Source of the DNA: an uncultured Anaerovibrio sp.
GTDB taxonomy: Bacteria; Bacillota; Negativicutes; Selenomonadales; Selenomonadaceae
DNA length: 35,441 nt
Reading direction: 5' to 3'
NCBI GenBank assembly: GCA_900768695.1
Contig: CAAGDY010000426.1
Span: 1 to 35,441, forward strand
Position 1 is the stretch's first letter, and every line of letters begins with the position of its first letter. The notes under the pieces were generated by a model. That model was not told where the DNA came from, searched no databases, and saw only the letters and a program-made list of their open reading frames with translations. Both the position numbers and the translations under genes were made by a program. This document shows, piece by piece, positions 27,686-35,441 of this stretch.

Positions 27686-28969
27686 TCAGACCCTGCTTAC
27701 CAAATCCATAGCGCAAGCATTTGCCTCAAACAGAACCTTTTCCTCGTCCAGCGTCTTCAGCTCGCCCTTTTCCATGAGTATCCTGCCGTTGCAAAGCACG
27801 GTATCGGCACTGCTGCTGTTGGCAGAATAAACCAGCAGGGAAACCAGGTCATGGCGCGGGCACCACTCAGGACGATTCATGTCATAAAGCACGATATCTG
27901 CCTTCCAGCCAACCTGCAGCTTGCCGGTCCTGTCCAGCAGGAGAGCCCTGGCGCCATACTCAGTGCCCATTTTCAGAGCCTCTGCGGCAGGCACTGCCAG
28001 CGGATTCAGCTCATGAACCTTGTGGAGCATAGCCGCCAGGCGGATTTCTTCCAGCATGTCCAGATTGTTGTTGCTGGAAGCGCCATCCGTGCCCAATGCC
28101 ACCTGCACGCCGCTGGCAAGCAGCTTTGGCACAGGAGATACGCCGCTGGCAAGCTTCATGTTACTGCCGGGATTGTGTACCGGCGCAATGGATTTTTCCT
28201 TCATCATGGCGATATCTGCATCATCCAGCCAGACACAATGGGCCGCAACGGACGGACGGTCAAACAGGCCGGTTTCTGCAATGTACTGGAAAGGCCTCTT
28301 GCCGTACTGCTCCTGAATCTGCTGAATCTCCGCCCGGGTTTCGGACATGTGGATATGCACGTTGATGCCATGCTCTGCCGAAACCTTTGCCGCCTCCCGG
28401 CAGAACTCCGGCGGGCAGGTATAAGGTGCATGGACGCCCAGCATAATCGTAATCAGGCCGTCCCCTGCCCCGTGGTAATTTTTGTACAGCTCCACATTTT
28501 CCGCCAGGCTCTTCATGGCTGTAGGCGCAAAGCCTATAAGCCCCCGGCTCAGGATACCGCGTACCCCGGCAGAGAGGGTTTCCTCGGCCACAGCCTCCAT
28601 GCACGGCCCGTACATATCTGCATAGGCGGTAGTGCCGCCCTTTATCATTTCCACCAGCGCCAGCCTTGCGCCCATGCGGATATCATTTTCCACCATCTTT
28701 GCCTCAACCGGCCAAATCCTATTGTTCAGCCAGTCCATCAGCTCCATGTCGTCAGCATAGCTGCGGAGCAGGGTCATGGAGGCATGGGTGTGGGCATTTA
28801 CCAGCCCCGGCACCGCAAAACGGTCCTTGCCTTCAATAACATAATCAGCAGTAAAATCCGCAGGCACCTCGCCCACGGCAGTAATAACATCATCTGTAAC
28901 AGCAATATCTGCCACGCCTGTGGAATAATCCTGCTGTAGCACATGTGCGCCCTTAATCAAAATCTTCAT
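27686..28969 (-). CDS. mtaD: 5-methylthioadenosine/S-adenosylhomocysteine deaminase (amidohydrolase)
   Basis: PGLVNAHTH, LLRSYADD, HAPYTC, HIHMSET, AHCVW, HNPGSNMKLASG, LGTDGASSNNNLD; adjacent to ahcY. Confidence 0.85.
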   Translation of the reverse strand: MKILIKGAHVLQQDYSTGVADIAVTDDVITAVGEVPADFTADYVIEGKDRFAVPGLVNAHTHASMTLLRSYADDMELMDWLNNRIWPVEAKMVENDIRMGARLALVEMIKGGTTAYADMYGPCMEAVAEETLSAGVRGILSRGLIGFAPTAMKSLAENVELYKNYHGAGDGLITIMLGVHAPYTCPPEFCREAAKVSAEHGINVHIHMSETRAEIQQIQEQYGKRPFQYIAETGLFDRPSVAAHCVWLDDADIAMMKEKSIAPVHNPGSNMKLASGVSPVPKLLASGVQVALGTDGASSNNNLDMLEEIRLAAMLHKVHELNPLAVPAAEALKMGTEYGARALLLDRTGKLQVGWKADIVLYDMNRPEWCPRHDLVSLLVYSANSSSADTVLCNGRILMEKGELKTLDEEKVLFEANACAMDLVSRV

Positions 28970-29025
28970 CACTAACACCCCATGCAATCAATGTAATCTT
29001 CACAACGCCTGGCCGACAGCCACTA

Positions 29026-30267
29026 TCAGCACTGGTGCAGGTATGCGTACTGCTCAGGTGTCAGCTCGTCAATCTCAATTCCCATAGCGGCCAGCTTGAT
29101 TTTGGCAATTTTGGCATTGACCTCATCCGGCAGGACATAGACCTTGTTTTCCAGCTTGTCGTGGTTTTCTACAATATGCAGGGCGGAGAAGAACTGCACG
29201 CCCCAGCTCAAATCCATAATCTCGGCAGGATGCCCGTCACCGCAGGCGAGATTTACCAGACGTCCCTCACCCAGCAGATACAGCTTCTTGCCATTGGCAA
29301 ATCTGAATTCCTCAATCCCCGGCTTTACCTGGGTGCGGCTCTCGGAAACCTCCTCCAGCTCAGGAATATTGATTTCCAAATCAAAATGGCCGGAATTAGC
29401 CATTACGGCACCGTCCTTCATGGACTCATAGTGCCACTTGCGCAGGATGTCCTTGTCGCCCGTCAGGGTCAGGAAGATATCGCCTACCTTGGCGGCCTCG
29501 TCCATCGGCATTACACGGAAGCCGTCAAACACCGCCTCAATGGCCTTAATCGGGTCTACCTCGGTAATGATGACGTTGGCACCCAACCCCTTGGCACGCA
29601 TAGCGCCGCCCTTGCCGCACCAGCCATAGCCGGCGATAACGACGGTCTTGCCGGCGATAACCAGGTTGGTGGCACGCATGATGCCCTCCCAGGTGGACTG
29701 GCCGGTGCCATAGCGGTTGTCAAAGAGATACTTGCAATAAGCATCGTTGGCGGCCAGCATCGGGAATTCCAGCTTGCCGGCAGCTTCAAGGGCGCGGTCA
29801 CGAAGAACGCCCGTAGTGGTTTCCTCGGAGCCGCCGATAATCTTCGGCAGAAGCTCGCGACGCTCATTGTGCAAACGGTAAATCAAATCGCCGCCATCGT
29901 CCATGATGATATCCGGCTCGCAGTCAAGAGCCATATCAATGTAGGCATCGTACTCTTCCATGGTACAGCCGTGGTGGGCAAATACCGTAACGCCCCCCTC
30001 TACCAGCGCCGCACATACATCGTCCTGAGTGGACAAAGGATTGGAGGCTGTGGCAATAACCTCTGCACCAGCCGCCTGCAGTACCAGCGCCAGATAGGCT
30101 GTCTTGGCCTCAAGGTGCATGGTCATTACCATACGCTTGCCAGCAAAAGGCCTGGTAACGGAGTATTCCTTTTCAATAGCGTTCATCACCGGCATAAAAT
30201 TCTTTACCCAGTTGATTTTATCGTGGCCGGAAGGAGCCAGAGAGATATCCTTAATTTTTGATTTCAT
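29026..30267 (-). CDS. ahcY: Adenosylhomocysteinase
   Basis: SNPLSTQD, DDGGDL, EETTTGV, KYLFDNRYGTGQS, GYGWCGKG, NSGHFD, GRLVNL, GHP. Confidence 0.97.
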   Translation of the reverse strand: MKSKIKDISLAPSGHDKINWVKNFMPVMNAIEKEYSVTRPFAGKRMVMTMHLEAKTAYLALVLQAAGAEVIATASNPLSTQDDVCAALVEGGVTVFAHHGCTMEEYDAYIDMALDCEPDIIMDDGGDLIYRLHNERRELLPKIIGGSEETTTGVLRDRALEAAGKLEFPMLAANDAYCKYLFDNRYGTGQSTWEGIMRATNLVIAGKTVVIAGYGWCGKGGAMRAKGLGANVIITEVDPIKAIEAVFDGFRVMPMDEAAKVGDIFLTLTGDKDILRKWHYESMKDGAVMANSGHFDLEINIPELEEVSESRTQVKPGIEEFRFANGKKLYLLGEGRLVNLACGDGHPAEIMDLSWGVQFFSALHIVENHDKLENKVYVLPDEVNAKIAKIKLAAMGIEIDELTPEQYAYLHQC

Positions 30268-30307
30268 GTTTACATTCTCCTCTCAAACAACTTAACAATT
30301 CATTATA

Positions 30308-31069
30308 TCATAGATTGCGCCCTGATGGCAGGGCTGAAAAATCTGTTTTATCCAGCTGCAGCGGCGTCACGGAAATATTGCCCCGGCAGGTAACCATCAC
30401 ATCAGTATCATCCGTGTTGCCGGTCAGCAACGGCGAGCCGCCTACCGTATAAAAAACACGTCCGTCCTCATCCTGCTGTCTTTCATAGGCGTTGCAGTAA
30501 TCCCGCACACCCTGGCGGCACCAGACCCATTCATAGCCGCCGGACAGCCTGCGCGGGAAATTTACGTTCAACAGCTTTCTCCCGCTGCTGCACCTCAAAA
30601 GCTCCGGCAGCTTGGCGGCAAACTGCTCCGCCACAAACTCAAAGGAATGCTCCGCATTGTACTCAAGGGACACCGCCACGGCATCTATCCCCTGCACAAA
30701 GCCCTCCGACGCGGCCCCTATGGTGCCTGAGTAGAGCATGTCCGTCCCCAGGTTGCTGCCATCGTTGATGCCGGAAATCACCAGCTCCGGCATCAGTGCC
30801 CTGTCCCTGCGGATAATGCCCTCAATGTAGAGCTTTACCGTGTCGGCAGGCGTTCCGTCAATGGCAAGGGCCTGTATGCCGTACCTGTCCTGCAGGGGCC
30901 GGTATTCCTCCACGTACAGCCTGTCCCGCACCGTGATGGCATGAGCCTTGGCACTCTGCTGGCCTGCCGGAGCGGCCACAACCACCTCATGCTCCCTGTG
31001 AAGTGACCTGACCAGGGCCTCGATGCCCTCTGACCTGATACCATCATCGTTTGAGATTAAAATCCGCAT
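30308..31069 (-). CDS. surE: 5'/3'-nucleotidase SurE
   Basis: ILISNDDGI, GTPADTV, ISGINDGSNLG, YSGTIGAA.EG, LNVNFP, ISVTPL. Confidence 0.95.
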   Translation of the reverse strand: MRILISNDDGIRSEGIEALVRSLHREHEVVVAAPAGQQSAKAHAITVRDRLYVEEYRPLQDRYGIQALAIDGTPADTVKLYIEGIIRRDRALMPELVISGINDGSNLGTDMLYSGTIGAASEGFVQGIDAVAVSLEYNAEHSFEFVAEQFAAKLPELLRCSSGRKLLNVNFPRRLSGGYEWVWCRQGVRDYCNAYERQQDEDGRVFYTVGGSPLLTGNTDDTDVMVTCRGNISVTPLQLDKTDFSALPSGRNL

Positions 31070-31150
31070 AATTTCCCCCTTTGCATATACATCACTTTTA
31101 TTTTGCCCAAAAACGCTGACGTTCCTTCGTTCAGTATTCAGCTATATATC

Positions 31151-31181
31151 AAAAACAGGCCAGAACACCGTTCTGACCTGT
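31151..31181 (-). terminator. Terminator after the tRNA pair
   Basis: ACAGGCCAGAAC/GTTCTGACCTGT stem (one internal non-Watson-Crick pair) with A-run on the left. Confidence 0.75.
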
Positions 31182-31190
31182 CACATTCAA

Positions 31191-31266
31191 TGGTGACCCA
31201 CCGGAGACTCGAACTCCGAACCTGCTGATTAAGAGTCAGATGCTCTACCAGTTGAGCTAGTGAGTC
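31191..31266 (-). tRNA. tRNA-Lys (CTT), copy 2
   Basis: 76 nt GACTCACTAGCTCAACTGGTAGAGCATCTGACTCTTAATCAGCAGGTTCGGAGTTCGAGTCTCCGGTGGGTCACCA; cloverleaf with encoded CCA. Confidence 0.97.
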
Positions 31267-31305
31267 AATATTTTGGCAAACTGCCTGCTTATGCCGCGAA
31301 AAGGA

Positions 31306-31381
31306 TGGTGACCCACCGGAGACTCGAACTCCGAACCTGCTGATTAAGAGTCAGATGCTCTACCAGTTGAGCTAGTGAGTC
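31306..31381 (-). tRNA. tRNA-Lys (CTT), copy 1
   Basis: Identical 76-nt sequence to 31191-31266. Confidence 0.97.
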
Positions 31382-31418
31382 ACATAAACCAGCGCCTTAG
31401 CGCCTCGCGACAATGAAT

Positions 31419-31447
31419 ATTATATGTATTTCATGATAAATTGTCAA
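31419..31447 (-). promoter_or_regulatory. Consensus promoter of the tRNA pair
   Basis: Minus strand TTGACA (31447-31442), 17 nt, TATAAT (31424-31419). Confidence 0.9.
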
Positions 31448-31597
31448 CACTTTTTTTGAAAAATGTGAAAATTATCTTCCGGGTGGCAAAACCACCTGCA
31501 AAAATATATCCTCCTGCTGATTCTTCCTGCAAACAGCTGACAAATCACTTTTTCTGTTATATCATTATAGTATTGCAAAAAAAGAGGTGTATTATCC

Positions 31598-32491
31598 ATG
31601 ACTATTTCATCGCGAACCAAAGGCGTACTGATGGCACTGATTGGCTCCATCTTCTGGGGCGGGTCGGGTGTTGCGGCCCAGTTTATCCTGCAGGAAAAGG
31701 GCATGACGGCTGATTATCTCACCGCCGTCCGCACCATCACCGCCGGACTTCTGCTACTTTTTATAGATGCCTTCATCAACGGCAATAACATCCTCGCCAT
31801 CTGGAAGGACAAGGAAAGCCGCAGGCGCCTGCTGGCCTTTGGCCTGCTGGGCATGATGTCCGTGCAGTATACGTATTTTGTGGCGATTGAGTACAGCAAT
31901 GCTCCGACGGCCACCATCATTCAGTATCTCATGCCTATTCTCATCCTCATCTGGTTCTCCATCAGGGAGAAAAAGCTGCCACAGCCTGCGCAGGTCATCT
32001 GCGCTATCATGGCTATTTTCGGCACAGCGCTCCTGGTCACCCACGGCAGTCTGACTACGCTGGCTATTTCCGACGTAGCACTGTTCTGGGGTATTCTCAG
32101 CGCCTTTGCCGCCGCCTTTTACACCGTACAGCCCCGCTGGCTGCTTCTGCGCTGGCCGTCACCGCAGGTAATCGGCTGGGCCATGCTCATCGGCGGTGCC
32201 GCCATATCCGTTATTTCACCACCGCTGTCCTATCCAGGCACGCTGGACATGCCGGCGGCTCTCAGCCTCGCCTATATCTGCGTGCTGGGCACAGCCGCCT
32301 CCTTCTGGCTGTACGTAACCAGCACCAAATACATTCTGGCACAGGAGGCCAGCATCCTCAACGCTACCGAGCCCCTGGCCTCCATCATCTTCTCCGTAAT
32401 TTTGCTGGATGTGCTTTTTGAACTGCCGGAAATCATCGGCACACTGCTGATTATCATGCCTATTATTTATATAACACTGAAGAGGAAATAG
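31598..32491 (+). CDS. EamA/DMT-family transporter
   Basis: About ten TM segments; FWGGSGVAAQ, QYTYFVAI, ATIIQYL.P, EPL; AGAGGTG RBS. Confidence 0.92.
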   Translation: MTISSRTKGVLMALIGSIFWGGSGVAAQFILQEKGMTADYLTAVRTITAGLLLLFIDAFINGNNILAIWKDKESRRRLLAFGLLGMMSVQYTYFVAIEYSNAPTATIIQYLMPILILIWFSIREKKLPQPAQVICAIMAIFGTALLVTHGSLTTLAISDVALFWGILSAFAAAFYTVQPRWLLLRWPSPQVIGWAMLIGGAAISVISPPLSYPGTLDMPAALSLAYICVLGTAASFWLYVTSTKYILAQEASILNATEPLASIIFSVILLDVLFELPEIIGTLLIIMPIIYITLKRK

Positions 32492-32632
32492 TGCCGGAGG
32501 GTAAATACCTTCAGACAAAAAATCAAACAAATCACCATTCCGATTCAGCATGTTGTGCCAAACTTTATGGACATAATTTTCCACATGATTTAATATAAAT
32601 ATTCAGGCGGAGTGTCCTCTGTCATTACACAC

Positions 32633-32662
32633 AAAAAGGGCACGGCCTGCCTGGCCATGCCC
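32633..32662 (-). terminator. Terminator after the nfnB-like gene
   Basis: GGGCACGGCC/GGCCATGCCC stem with A-run on the left. Confidence 0.7.
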
Positions 32663-32785
32663 CAAAACGTAAAAATCCTCACGGGAAATTCACCGCAATA
32701 TGTTTGATTATATTACTATATTACTATATCGCTGTATCACTGTATTGTTTCATCGTATACGGCCATGCCGCCACTGCTTCTGTCC

Positions 32786-34198
32786 CTATTTCCCGGCCTG
32801 TTTCTTTGCCTTCAGGTACTTATCAATGGCCGCGGCGGCTTTCTTGCCTGCCCCCATAGCCAGAATAACAGTAGCCGCGCCGGTGACAATATCACCACCG
32901 GCGAAAACGCCCTCCTTGGTGGTGGCACAGGTTTCCTCGTCAGCGATGATGTTGCCCCGCTTATTGGTGTCCATGCCCGGCGTCGTGGAAGCCACGATAG
33001 GGTTCGGGCCGTTGCCGATAGCCATGATGACGGTATCCACAGCCAGCTCAAACTCAGAGCCCTCCACAGCCACAGGGCGGCGGCGGCCGGAAGCATCCGG
33101 CTCACCCAGCTCCATGCGGATGCACCGAAGCCCCTTTACCCAGCCATTCTCATCCCCCAGGATTTCCACAGGATTGTTCAGCAGCTTGAACTGGATACCT
33201 TCTTCCTTGGCATGATGCACTTCCTCGGCACGGGCAGGCAGCTCCGCCTCGGAACGGCGGTAGACGATGTATACATTTTCCGCCCCCAGGCGCAGGGATG
33301 TACGAGCGGCATCCATAGCCACGTTGCCTCCGCCTACCACTGCCACATTCTTGCCGATGGCAATCGGAGTGGCATGGTTCGGGAAGTCATAGGCCTTCAT
33401 CAGATTACAGCGGGTCAGAAACTCGTTGGAGGAATACACTCCGTTGAGGTTTTCCCCCGGAATGTGCATAAAGTGCGGCAGACCGGCACCGGTACCTACA
33501 TACACCGCATCGAAACCCATCTCGCCTAAAAGCTCATCCACGGTGAAAAGGCGTCCTGCGATGGCATTTACCTCAATGGTCACACCCAGCTTCTGAAGGT
33601 TCTCCACCTCGCGCTTCACGATTTTTTCCTTCGGCAGGCGGAACTCAGGAATGCCATAGGACAAAACGCCGCCAGCCACATGCAGCGCCTCAAAAATCGT
33701 CACCTTGTACCCAAGCTTTGCCAGGTCACCAGCACAGGACAGGCCGGAAGGGCCTGCACCGATGACAGCCACCTTCTGGGCATCCTCCGCGAACTGGATT
33801 GGCTGGATTTCCTCGTTCTTGGCCAGCTGATAGTCAGCCACAAAGCGTTCCAGCCTGCCGATGCCTACCGGCTCCCCCTTGATGCCCATGACGCAGTGCT
33901 TCTCGCACTGGTTTTCCTGCGGGCAGACACGGCCACAGACCGCCGGCAGGGAGTTGGACTCCTTGACAATCCTGATGGCCTCGTCAAAGTCACGTTCCTT
34001 GATTTTGCCGATAAAGGCAGGGATGTTCACCTGCACCGGGCAGCCCTGACGGCATTTAGGGATTTTGCAGCCCAGACAGCGGTTCGCCTCCGCCACGGCA
34101 GTTTCCTCATCATAGCCCAGGGCTACCTCCTGAAAATTGCGGGCACGAACCTGAGGGTCCTGCTCCGGCATCTTGTGCTTTTCCATTACTAATGCCAT
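32786..34198 (-). CDS. NfnB/SudA-like flavo-Fe-S subunit (often annotated as homotetrameric NADPH glutamate synthase)
   Basis: RCLGCKIPKCRQGCP, CGRVCPQENQCE, GAGPSGL, YGIPEFRLPK, GGGNVAMD, AGGDIVTGAATVILAMGAGK; paired with an NfnA-like gene. Confidence 0.9.
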   Translation of the reverse strand: MALVMEKHKMPEQDPQVRARNFQEVALGYDEETAVAEANRCLGCKIPKCRQGCPVQVNIPAFIGKIKERDFDEAIRIVKESNSLPAVCGRVCPQENQCEKHCVMGIKGEPVGIGRLERFVADYQLAKNEEIQPIQFAEDAQKVAVIGAGPSGLSCAGDLAKLGYKVTIFEALHVAGGVLSYGIPEFRLPKEKIVKREVENLQKLGVTIEVNAIAGRLFTVDELLGEMGFDAVYVGTGAGLPHFMHIPGENLNGVYSSNEFLTRCNLMKAYDFPNHATPIAIGKNVAVVGGGNVAMDAARTSLRLGAENVYIVYRRSEAELPARAEEVHHAKEEGIQFKLLNNPVEILGDENGWVKGLRCIRMELGEPDASGRRRPVAVEGSEFELAVDTVIMAIGNGPNPIVASTTPGMDTNKRGNIIADEETCATTKEGVFAGGDIVTGAATVILAMGAGKKAAAAIDKYLKAKKQAGK

Positions 34199-34203
34199 TT
34201 TCC

Positions 34204-35049
34204 TTACCTCCCCAGCCCGATATTGCAGATGTGATCCCTTGCCTGTGCTTCCTGCGGCCTGAACATGCGGCTGCGGGCCATCAGGCTGTCAAAATCAACC
34301 AGATGCCCGTCAAACTCAGGGCCGTCCACGCAGGCAAACTTCATCTCATCCCCTACCTGCACCCGGCAGCCGCCGCACATGCCGGTGCCGTCCACCATGA
34401 CAGGATTCAGGGAGACAATGGTCTTTATCCCCAGAGGGCGGGTGGCCTCCGCCACGCTGCGCATCATGACGCCGGGGCCGATGGCCGTAACCTGGTCGAT
34501 TTTTTCTCCCCGGTCCACCAGCTGCTGCAGGGCAGTGGTAACAAAGCCCTTTACGCCATAGGAGCCATCGTCGGTGGCAATCAGCACCTCGTCAGAAATG
34601 GCACGCATCTTATCCTCAAAAATCAGGATATCCTTGGTCTTGGCACCCAGGATTGAAATCACCCTGTTGCCTGCCTCGTGCATGGCGCGGGCGATAGGAT
34701 AAACAGGTGCCACGCCGATGCCGCCGCCTACGCAGACAATCGTCCCCATGTTTTCACTGATTTCTGACGGCTGCCCCAGCGGCCCTACAAAATCAAGAAT
34801 CGACTCCCCCTCGTTCTTGCTGGCCAGAAGCTGGGTGGAGGCCCCCACTACCTGAAAAATCAAGGTGATGGTGCCTGCCTCCCGGTCAAAATCCGCAATG
34901 GTCAGAGGAATGCGCTCCCCTTCCTCATTGACCCGCAGCACGATGAACTGCCCTGCTCTCGCCTTTTTGGCAACCCTCGGTGCCTCAATGTCATAGTGAA
35001 AAATTCCGGGCGAAAGCTCCTGCTTCTTCAAAATCCTGAACATCTTCAT
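34204..35049 (-). CDS. NfnA/SudB-like FAD/NAD-binding 2Fe-2S subunit
   Basis: GQFIVLR, GERIPLTIAD, GPLG, GGGIGVAP, TDDGSYG, MVDGTGMCGGCRV, ACVDGPEFDGH. Confidence 0.92.
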   Translation of the reverse strand: MKMFRILKKQELSPGIFHYDIEAPRVAKKARAGQFIVLRVNEEGERIPLTIADFDREAGTITLIFQVVGASTQLLASKNEGESILDFVGPLGQPSEISENMGTIVCVGGGIGVAPVYPIARAMHEAGNRVISILGAKTKDILIFEDKMRAISDEVLIATDDGSYGVKGFVTTALQQLVDRGEKIDQVTAIGPGVMMRSVAEATRPLGIKTIVSLNPVMVDGTGMCGGCRVQVGDEMKFACVDGPEFDGHLVDFDSLMARSRMFRPQEAQARDHICNIGLGR

Positions 35050-35080
35050 ACTCTCCTTTTACATAGACACGGCGGCAGAA

Positions 35081-35441
35081 CTACTCCAGCTTGCTGCCGA
35101 GAATTCCCTCCAGATATGCCTGCAAATTCCCCTTAATAGGCATAAGATAGAGATTGTCGCCTGTAGTTTCAATGAAGCCCTTTACCTTTCGGCCAAAGTA
35201 AATGCTCCACTCCAGAGTCGGTTCAAAGTCCCTTGGGAAAATCACGTTGTTTTTCAATTCCCAGTAACTTTTGGAACGCTCAGAGGCAATAGGTGTAATA
35301 CCCCAATACACATTCTGCCCCTGCAGCATGTCAGCATACATTTCCAGCATCCGCATGTCAAAGAAGGGCTGGGTGAAAAAGCCCACCGCCCCCGCCTGCA
35401 GCTTGCGCTGGATGCGGTACATCTCCTGGCGCATGCTGCCA
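35081..35441 (-). CDS. Methylenetetrahydrofolate reductase (MetF)-family protein, C-terminal part only
   Basis: RKLQAGAVGFFTQPFFD resembles the MTHFR K..AGA..FITQ.FFD motif; the frame runs off the right edge. Confidence 0.7.
   Translation of the reverse strand, partial: GSMRQEMYRIQRKLQAGAVGFFTQPFFDMRMLEMYADMLQGQNVYWGITPIASERSKSYWELKNNVIFPRDFEPTLEWSIYFGRKVKGFIETTGDNLYLMPIKGNLQAYLEGILGSKLE

Noticed and set aside
31070..31450. tRNA duplication as attL/attR of an integrated element
   Set aside because: Both copies are complete, 39 nt apart, share one promoter and terminator, and no integrase is nearby.

Overview
Bacterial chromosomal window, mostly minus-strand housekeeping and metabolic genes. 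Firmicutes-style genes plus an outer-membrane Omp85/TpsB transporter suggest a diderm Negativicute, probably Selenomonadaceae (inference). Left to right: ftsK (runs off the left edge); mqnC and two tandem MqnE-like radical SAM genes; an AT-rich two-partner secretion pair (short TpsA, unusually short TpsB); bioBDA with two BirA-type operators; a 5'-truncated AAA/DUF4143-type ATPase; a frameshifted GH9 gene; feoA-feoB plus a Cys-rich small protein under a Fur box; a broken GlcD/GlcF-type 2-hydroxyacid dehydrogenase pair; a siroheme sulfite/nitrite reductase, YeiH exporter and divergent LysR; surE-ahcY-mtaD-RNase H-lipase; two identical tRNA-Lys(CTT); an EamA transporter; nfnAB-like genes; a partial MetF-like gene. 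No transposase, integrase, phage gene or CRISPR array was seen. Best leads: (1) a TpsB with apparently only 12 barrel strands and one POTRA; (2) an AhcY with the HxExK signature next to an SAH deaminase, suggesting an S-inosylhomocysteine route; (3) a divergent second MqnE paralog; (4) repeated G>T changes at conserved codons plus homopolymer frameshifts (mutator or sequencing artefact). I cannot establish a wholly new system from sequence alone.
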